Below, in pieces: positions 54,905 to 64,000 of a DNA stretch of 64,000 bases. Source of the DNA: Octopus sinensis. Its lineage: Eukaryota. Each line of letters starts with the position of its first letter. Position 1 is the first letter of the stretch. The position numbers and the translations under genes are program-made. The stretch is from positions 51,584,001-51,648,000 of the forward strand of contig NC_043014.1 in NCBI RefSeq assembly GCF_006345805.1. Direction: 5' to 3'. Below the pieces are notes generated by a model, which saw only the letters and a list, made by a program, of their open reading frames with translations, ran no database searches and was not told where the DNA came from.

Positions 54905-55110
54905 AAGGCGGCGAACTGGCAGAATCCTTAGGAGTCCGTATAAAATACTTAGCGATATTTTGTGTGTTTATTACTTCCTGAGTTCATATACTTCCGAGGT
55001 CAGTTTTGCTTTTCATCCTTTCGGGGTCGATAAAACAAGTACCAGTCGAGCAATTGCCGCAATGAAACGACTTAACAACTTCCCCCGAAACTGCTCGCCT
55101 TCTGCCAAAT
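54905..55110 (+). mobile_element. SINE S3, head-to-head with 54376-54775
   Basis: aaggcggcgaactggcagaatc...ggggtcgataaaacaagtaccag. Confidence 0.75.
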
Positions 55111-55687
55111 TTCGAAACAAATACGATTTCATCAAGTTCAAAAGAAACGCTCAACTGGGCGAGACTAAACGTTACAATATATATAAAAAAGTAATGTGGA
55201 ACAAACACCGCAAGGTACTTTGTACGACGATTTAACTATTAAGCCTTTTTTCAGCATAATGATACACATACTTAATAATTAGAAGAGGATTTAAATAATA
55301 ATATTATGAGGTTGTCTACATTGAAAAACAATGAGAAATTCTTCGTGATGACCGATTGGTAAATTTGATAGCATCAATCTCTATTTACTTTGTTTATAGA
55401 TAATATTTCAAATAGGAATGGTAAATAATTCAGGATGACCTGTTTCGAAATTTAGTGAAGTTAATTGGATTTAAATGGTCTTTATTAATATAAATATGTT
55501 GATCTTTAGCTTTCTATCAAGCAATTTTATAGCACTTCCTTGGAAAGTTCCTTATTGGTAAGGGGAAATTATTTGAACAGCACAGCACTCACACCAAACC
55601 AATATGTGTATGCACTTACACACACACACACACACACACACGTGTATGTGTATATATCTATATATACATAGCCGTGTATGTGTATAC

Positions 55688-55744
<57 letters not shown>

Positions 55745-55751
55745 TCAAAAT

Positions 55752-55890
55752 GTAACCGCGTCTGCATCGTTGGCGATTTTCTTCCTCCGTCTTCCCTTCC
55801 TCTTTGGATTTACTCTATTTCTGAAGAAGAGCAAGGCTCGAAACGTCGAATCCTCTTTCCTTCCTTTCCTTAGCGTCTCATAATATAGTA
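55752..55890 (+). mobile_element. Family B variant element; HHR at 55817-55851 with GUC triplet
   Basis: attt-CTGAAGA-A-GAGC-aag-GCTC-GAAAC-GTC-gaat. Its 5' part (gtaaccgcg...gttggcgattttcttcctccgtcttccc) matches the other B copies. Confidence 0.7.
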
Positions 55891-55921
55891 CTTCTACATA
55901 ATGTTACACACATACATATAC

Positions 55922-55952
<31 letters not shown>

Positions 55953-56074
55953 TATGTATGTATATATATAATATATATATATATTTTTTTAAAATAAGAA
56001 TAATATCGATATTATCAAGTGGCCAGCATGAGAAAAATACCATACAAAAGTAATAAAACGCCCGAATTTTTAGT

Positions 56075-56108
<34 letters not shown>

Positions 56109-56413
56109 ATAATATACATATATATGTATACAACAAGTTGCCCCTGGGCTTATTCTTGTTTAAATATAACACTTATTCGGTCTCTTTTGTATGATATGGC
56201 GGGGGCATAAACACGCAAGTACCAATTGTCAAGCGATGGCGGGAGAGGGGGACAAAGAGACACACAAATACACGCACACAGATATACGACTGGCATATGT
56301 ATGTGTGTGTGTGTGTGGGGGGGGGTTCTCTCCTTGCTGGAATTCTTTGTTCCTTTCAATCAATAATTAAAACAACAACGATAATAATAATAATTAATAA
56401 TAATAATAATAAT

Positions 56414-56826
56414 AGGCGCAGGAGTGGCTGTGTGGTAAGTAGCTTGCTAACCAACCACATGGTTCTGGGTTCAGTCCCACTGCGTGGCATCTTGGGCAAG
56501 TGTCTTCTGCTATAGCCCCGGGCCGACCAATGCCTTGTGAGTGGATTTGGTAGACGGAAAGTGAAAGAAGCTTGTCGTATATATATATTTATATATATAA
56601 GTGTGTGTGTATATGTTTGTGTGTCTGTGTTTGTCCCCCTAGCATTGCTTGACATCCGATGCTGGTGTGTTTACGTCCCCGTCACTTAGCGGTTCGGCAA
56701 AAGAGACCGATAGAATTAGTACTGGGCTTACAAAGAATAAGTCCCGGGGTCGATTTGCTCGACTAAAAGTGGTGCTTCAGCATGGCCGCAGTCAAATGAC
56801 TGAAACAAGTAAAAGAGTAAAAGAGA
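56414..56826 (+). mobile_element. SINE S2, full length, inserted in (AAT)n
   Basis: aggcgcaggagtggctgtgtggtaag...gggttcagtcc...gactgaaacaagtaaaagag. Confidence 0.9.
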
Positions 56827-57867
56827 GAGAGAATAATAATAATAACAATCTTCATCATTATTATTATTATGGTATGTAAACGGGTGCCTTTTTTATTATT
56901 TCTGTAGGGTCCACCAAAAACTACTTTCGATTAAATCCCGTGCGTTGATTTATTATGAGCAATTAAGGATGGGCAATGAAAGCCGGGCAATTAAGAACAC
57001 CATCTTAAGGTGTCGGCAAACTAATTTGGTGCAATTAATGAAATGCAATTATTATTGACGATAGAAGTGGATGGACGAAGATTGAGATTTAAGAATGAAG
57101 AATTAAGGATAAACAAACTAGGATTGGCACTTAAAACGAAACAATTAAGACTGGTTTATTCAGAAAGATAATCAGATTAAAATGATTTAAAATCTTGACA
57201 CTACCAGGATGGTCTTTCTCACAAATCCACTCGGTTCGAAAAGGCGTTTCGGAAATATTCTGTATAAAGGTAATGAGATTCCTCCGTCGAACCGAGTTCT
57301 ATAAAGTTTGCAGTAGTATAATTTGAAAAAATACCAGAATTTAATATATTTTTGGAACTCATGTGGAAGTGTTTTGGTACAAATGACTTTTTTTTTCTGT
57401 CTTTTTCTGTTTTATATTTTCCTTTTTTTTTTTTCATTTTCGCGTCGCTAAACATTGTTTTCTTCTTCATACGTCGCTGTTCCACTAATTTAGTTACGAA
57501 TTACACGGGGACATGATCTCAGAAAAAGGCAGCAGGGGTTGATTGGTGCAAAATCTTCGGGGGACGAGAGAGAGAGAGGGGCAGGAGTTGGGAGGATGGT
57601 GTGGAAGGAGGATTGATCGAGGATGCAGAAATATCACCTTAACAACATTTCACTTCACTAACAATGTTCAACAAATGTCTCCGTCATATTACACGTGCGT
57701 GCGCACACACAAACACACACATGCACACACGCACACGACCGCGCACACAAAAAACCCATTACTTCTACACATGCATACACATATGTGTACATACCCACAC
57801 ATATAAACAAGTGGGTATGCATAATTTTGTGTATGAACTTATATATGCGTATCAATATATATTTATG

Positions 57868-57869
<2 letters not shown>

Positions 57870-57899
<30 letters not shown>

Positions 57900-58295
57900 C
57901 GTGTGTGTATATATGCATATATATATGTATATATTTATGCGTATATATGCATATATATATGTATATATTTATGCGTATATATGCATATATATATGTATAT
58001 ATTTATGCGTATATATGTATATATATGCGTGTATATGTATATATATGTATGGGTATATAGGTATATATATATATCTAGATATATGCGTGTATATGTATAT
58101 ATATGTATGGGTATATAGGTGTATATATATATATATATGCGTATACATGTATATATATATATTTATGTATTCGTATACATGTATATATATATATATATTT
58201 ATGTATGCGTATATATGTATATATCGATATATTTATGTTCGACTATATATGTATACATGTGTGGGTGTATATATACATATTTATATGTGTGTATG

Positions 58296-58345
<50 letters not shown>
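57870..58345. repeat. Complex TA/TG satellite with ~34-bp sub-repeats
   Basis: gcgtatatatgcatatatatatgtatatatttat is repeated. The tract ends in (TG)n. Confidence 0.85.
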
Positions 58346-58347
<2 letters not shown>

Positions 58348-59079
58348 ATGATGCCGTCTAAGCATCGGTTCTAATAATCAGTCGCTAGAACACAATCTAC
58401 TTCTCGTTCACAGTCGAGAATTAGATTAATAAGATCCGTTATGGAGAAGGAGGAGGAGGTGTGAATATATCGGACGAAATCTGCCAAAAGAACCCGATGA
58501 AAAGATACCATTTGTGATTATCTACCATGTGTACGTGTGTATAAAATGTACACGTACATGTATGTGCACGTGTACGTGTGTATGCGATTGTGTGCGGGAA
58601 AATGGACGCCAATAATGTAAAGATATGTGTTTCACTATAAGTAAAACTGTACATATCCATGTTTATACGCACACACATGCGTATATACCAACAAATACAA
58701 ATGCTCATACAGATACTTTGGGTCGTTATGCTTGTATGTACACACACAAAAACACACAAACATATATGTGTTTGCGTGTGTATTTGTATGTATACATGTA
58801 TATACACTCATATGTTTGTTTGTATGTATGTATGTATATAGAAGCATGCAGACATAATAAACAATGTTCGATAGTCGAAAGTAAATCAAATGTCTCAATC
58901 AAAGGAATTAATATATATATCCTTCCTTTGTCTAGACATTATCAAACGTTTTCTATGAATATATTCTTACAATTGTGTGTTGATATTGGCGTTTGCGTTT
59001 CCCCGTGAATGTGTCTCTGTATACATACATATATCGACCAGCATACGTTTTTAAATAAACATATATATATATGTGTGTG

Positions 59080-59117
<38 letters not shown>

Positions 59118-59282
59118 GTGTATATATGTGTATATATATATATAGATGTGTATATATCTGTGTGTGCATGTATACACATATATATATATAATTATATATA
59201 TATATATATATATATACGTATACGCACACTCAAGTGTCTGTGTGTACGCAAATGATTGTGTATTTATTTATGCATGTATGTG

Positions 59283-59325
<43 letters not shown>

Positions 59326-60174
59326 TTTAATATAGATACACGCATACCCACACACTCTTACACACACACAACACACACACATATATATATATATATATAT
59401 TAATATATATATATATATATATATGCATACATATATCTTTATACATATAGACATACGTATATACGATATGGATATAGATTTATATGTGTGTGTTAAACAT
59501 ACTTTATGCATATGTGTCAGAGTATAGGTTTCTCAGTCTGGAAAGCTACGCCAGAATATTTTAAAAGAGAACTGCTTTCTGATGAGAAAGCTGGGAAATA
59601 AGCGGAAAACAATAGGAAACCGTATTAAAATGGAAGAAAACACGATAAGTGATCGGAGCCGTTTTATTTGGAAGTGTTTTGATCTATGCAGATTAATTGA
59701 TACGACAATACGTGTGGTAGATTTTATTGATTCGATTTATGTATTTCTTTCTACGTCATTTCAATCATGATTGAAAATGATATAAAGCTGGGATAAAAAT
59801 CGATCGTGTTAATACTCAGCCAACTGAAAGAGCCATTGTTTCGCATCTGATCCTGGCATCGCAAGGTATTTTCCTGCTTCTATGAAAAAGGTCCCGCTTT
59901 TCTAAACATAGGTAAATACGCTATTTTGGGTTTTTTTTCTAAGTTATCAGTTGGCATAACTGAGTGATAAGAAGATTACTTCGCATCCACATGGCTTTCG
60001 GTTCAGTCCCACTTCGTGAACACTCGTCAGCTGTCTTCAGCTGGAGCTGTACGGCGTTTATTTCCTTATTTGTGGCTTAAGAAAACGGCGAGAACAACAT
60101 GATAATCATTATTGCAAAGCACTGGACAGGCGTCTACGTTCGGTTTCAAATATATACGTTTATCCCAGCTATAT

Positions 60175-60590
60175 CAGGTGCAGGAGTGGCTGTGTGGTAA
60201 GTAGCTTGCTAACCAACCACATGGTTCCGGGCTCAGTCCCACTGCGTGGCATCTTGGGCAAGTGTCTTCTGCTATAGCCCCGGGCCGACCAATGACTTGT
60301 GAGTGGATTTGGTAGACGGAAACTGAAAGAAGTCTGTCGTATATATGTATATATATATGTGTGTGTATATGTGTTTGTATGTCTGTGTTTGTCCCCCTAG
60401 CATTGATTGACAACCGATGCTGGTGTGTTTAAGCCCCCGTCACTTAGCGGTTCGGTAAAAGAGACCGATAGAATAAGTAATGGGCTTACAAAGAATAAGT
60501 CCCAGGGTCGATTTGTTCGACTAAAGGCGGTGCTCCAGCATGGCCGCAGTCAAAATGACTGAAACAAGAGAAAAAGAGAGAAAAAAGAGA
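60175..60590 (+). mobile_element. SINE S2, full length
   Basis: Near-identical to 56414-56826. Confidence 0.9.
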
Positions 60591-60835
60591 TACTGCATTT
60601 ATCTTGCATATTTCACTTGTTTTAGCCATTGGGTTCAGATCATGCTAGGAAAAGGCCCTGAAAGCTTCAATCAAGCAAACTGACATCAGTACTTATTGAA
60701 TCGGTGCACTTAGCCGAACCGTTTCTTTACGGGGATATAACAAACACATATGTATTCATACGACGACGTCTTGCATTTTTCATCGGCCAAATTTACTCAC
60801 AAGTCTTTAATCGAATCACGGCTATAGTGGCAGTC

Positions 60836-61218
60836 GTGGAGGCGCAATGGCCCAGTGGTTAGGGCAGCGGACTCGCGGTCGTAGGATCGCGGTTTCGATT
60901 CCCAGACCGGGCGGTGTGAGTGTTTATTGAGCGAAAACACCTAAAGCTCCACGAGGCTCCGGCAGGGGATGGTGGTGATCCCTGCTGTACTCTTTCACCA
61001 CAACTTTCTCTCACTCTTACTTCCTGTTTCTGTTGTACCTGTATTTCAAAGGGCCGCGCCTTGTCTCTGTTGTCACGCTGAATATCCCCGAGAACTACGT
61101 TAAGGGTGCACGTGTCTGTGGAGTGCTCAGCCACTTACACGTTAATTTCACGAGCAGGCTGTTCCATTGATTCGGATCAACCGGAACCCTCGTCGTCGTG
61201 AACGACGGAGTGCTTCCA
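60836..61218 (+). mobile_element. SINE S1, full length, nested in an older S2 copy
   Basis: 12-bp TSD atagtggcagtc at 60824-60835 and 61220-61231. The flanks join up as a degenerate minus-strand S2. Confidence 0.9.
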
Positions 61219-62507
61219 CATAGTGGCAGTCACTTAGCTAAGATGCTGTGCACTGCACTTGAACCCAAGACAATAATAGTGGTAAACTACACAGCCGCGC
61301 CTGAATAAGCATTTATTCTACATTCCCATATATCGTACTTAGCGCGTTTATCAAGTAAACATTGAAAAAAATTAGTACTTTCACTTTCATGGAAATTAGG
61401 CCAAATCGATTCAGTGGTAACCGCGTTTGTTTAGTAAAATTTAATTATCAGTTATTATACTCTACGAGATGAGAAAAAACCGGAGACGATCGCTGATGAT
61501 TTGGTAAAATAGGGACATGATGTTCAAATCAATATGTTTTCTAACGCCCGGAGCAAGAAAAAAATAAGGTGATTTCACTATAATATCTACTTTATACATC
61601 AAAACGAAAATAAAATTGGGTCTGTTCGTTTTTAAGACAATAAACCTTGAATGCGCATATTAATACATGTATACACATACGTATATATATAAACACATAG
61701 AAACATACACACACTCATGTGTGTATATATATACACGAACACACACACATACACACGTAAACACATAGATATGTAATGAAGTTTTAATGATCGCCTTTGG
61801 CGGTTTTGTGTCTTGCTTTCCTGTAACCTCATTTTTGATTCACGGAGAAAAGAACAAACATAGTTAACGGGAAATAAGACCTCATGATATATATTACATT
61901 CAAATTGTATTCTGCCCGAAGGAAAATATTCTACGAAAAAAAAACCGTAAAATTTCATATATTTGAATTCCTATATATAAATATAACAAAAAAATTATAT
62001 ATTTATATATATATATTTGTCTATGTATGTTAGTGGAAGCAACATTATAATCTTAGTAAGATATATATATATATGTATATATATATATAAATAATGTGTT
62101 TCTGTGTGTATATGTATTTATAATGCACGGTCTGATTATGTGTGCCTGTATGTATTGAAAAGAAAATGAAAATGTCTGTAATCTTCAAGAAAAAAAGTCA
62201 CTTTTATACAGAAGCAGAAACAGCTACGCAATTAAGTGTAATTATCCAGTGAGTGAGTGTGTGTCTGTGTTTGTACAGTGTACTTATTTATATATATATA
62301 TGTGTGTGTGTGTGTATGTTTCACACACACATTTATATACTTACATATATATTTGGACACACACGCACTTCTTCATATGCTCATGCATGCATGAATGAAT
62401 GTCACGTGCAGCGTTCACCTACTTTATCATTTCAGAAAATCAGAAAAAAGATTCTTTAATGCAAAACATGGATTTATCTATAAGACGGAACGAAATATCG
62501 CTGTGTG

Positions 62508-62563
<56 letters not shown>

Positions 62564-62789
62564 CGAGAACACGTGTTCGGATAATCAGAACAAAACGAAT
62601 ATAAATTTGATATAGATATTCCAGCATAAAAATGAAATATAAGATACGATCCGACGGTGAATATAAGACAAAAAAATATTCCTCAAACTACGGCTATCAC
62701 GTGGTGCTGTAATGAAACGCCTGGGATTCTGTTTAGATTCAGATTCATTTTTGTATGCGGAAACTTATTACCATTGCTTTCAATGCATT

Positions 62790-62827
<38 letters not shown>

Positions 62828-62830
62828 GTA

Positions 62831-62861
<31 letters not shown>

Positions 62862-63168
62862 ATTTATCGTCTCCCTAAATTATTAGATATTAACCACAGT
62901 CAACACTGTTCTCAACTGAGTGTAAGATATATAGTTGGCCTGTTTTGTTTGTTTTGAATTTTGATATTCTTCCTTTCATTCCTTCTCTATATTCCGTCTG
63001 CCTTTTTCCTTTTTAAGTAATGGTTTAAATTTTGCCAACCTTCCATATAAGCTAACGTCATTTTGGCTGTAACGATACTGTATGATTTTAGTTAATACTT
63101 TGATATATCCTTTCAACCGTACAGAAATATTTCGAAATAATTATACGCAGCTGTATTTCTTACGCTAG

Positions 63169-63265
63169 TCTTCGAGCCAGTTTACGAAAAACTAATCCAA
63201 TATACCCAGAAATATAAAATATTCTTAAACATATGGACGGACGCTCGCACACTGAAACGCGAAAG
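63169..63265 (+). CDS. Candidate exon of an unknown gene
   Basis: Acceptor tatttcttacgctag, donor AAG|gtaagc. Open frame xFEPVYEKLIQYTQKYKIFLNIWTDARTLKRE, or an initial exon MDGRSHTETRK from ATG 63233. I recognise no homologue. Confidence 0.25.
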
Positions 63266-63404
63266 GTAAGCACACGCACGCACACATATACTCCCAAAGA
63301 CAAACGAGGTTACACAGGAACAACTGAAGAATTAATTCAAAAAAGGATAAAAGCATGCAATAAATTTCGTGCGTATCTATATATTTGCATCATAATGTAC
63401 TTCA

Positions 63405-63459
<55 letters not shown>

Positions 63460-63588
63460 ATTTACAAGAAGATAAGGCAGAAGAAAAATTCTAATGCCAG
63501 ATACGCCGAAAACAAAAAATTGTCGATAACCATTAAATTTATGCGTCTCGAAACAAACCGATAGAAATCTCTAAAAAAATTCGTTATT

Positions 63589-63645
63589 ACCGTATTGGTC
63601 CAATTTCGGGGTTAATTCACAAGAAATTTTCCCCTCTTCAGCGGC
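63589..63645 (-). ncRNA. Type-I hammerhead ribozyme, family E (canonical core)
   Basis: Reverse complement gccg-CTGAAGA-GGGG...CCCC-GAA-ATTGG-A-CCAAT-A-cggt. All core nucleotides are present. Downstream sequence (63455-63590) resembles 13640-13765. Confidence 0.85.
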
Positions 63646-63850
63646 ACATACGCGAGATATAAATGAAATACTTATTCATACCCATGGAAGAAGCAAGCAC
63701 CAAGTCCCGAACAGACTTAAGTACCCCAAATATATCCAAATACAAAAATCTTAGGCGCACCTCAAGACACGTGTGATTCGAACAAGAAACTTTCACAGAG
63801 TGATAGAATCCGGAAGTGAACACTAATCTATTTATAATTGATATAGGATA

Positions 63851-63913
<63 letters not shown>

Positions 63914-64000
63914 CATATATATCGGTGTGTGTGTGTGTGTAATAAATGTGTTATGAATGTGTATGCGTACATGTATGCATATATATATATATATTTCAAA

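Noticed and set aside
17640-58454. Phase-0 plus-strand micro-exon candidates (SGERSRGTLTPS at 17640, FYERHLEMVNLNA at 28551, LSEMIERCNQYLLL at 49038, SRIRLIRSVMEKEEE near 58410)
   Set aside because: Such AG..GT segments are expected by chance in 64 kb, and no recognisable protein results from joining them.
60005-60040. Minus-strand CTGACGA-GTG-tt-CAC-GAAG motif
   Set aside because: It lacks A15.1, stem III and NUH, and lies in a decayed S2 head, so it is likely chance.

Overview
AT-rich, microsatellite-saturated eukaryotic genomic DNA, most likely from an octopus (inferred from my recognition of the SINE families, not from a database search). There is no long real ORF: nearly all ORFs in the supplied track are (TA)n, (CA)n, (TCTA)n or (ATT)n read-throughs or SINE pieces. 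The window is intronic or intergenic, with only low-confidence exon candidates. It holds dozens of copies of four tRNA-headed SINE families (S1-S4 here), some with target-site duplications, nested insertions or head-to-head inverted pairs, plus a Helitron-like fragment and compound satellites. The main finding is 14 type-I hammerhead-ribozyme-like motifs (CUGANGA / stem II / GAAA / stem III / NUH / stem I) in five short, non-coding, often microsatellite-flanked repeat families (A-E). Two families show compensatory base changes between diverged copies, one carries a shared A6U core variant, and one appears fused to a tRNA-like SINE head. These look like a set of non-autonomous Penelope-derived or retrozyme-like elements.
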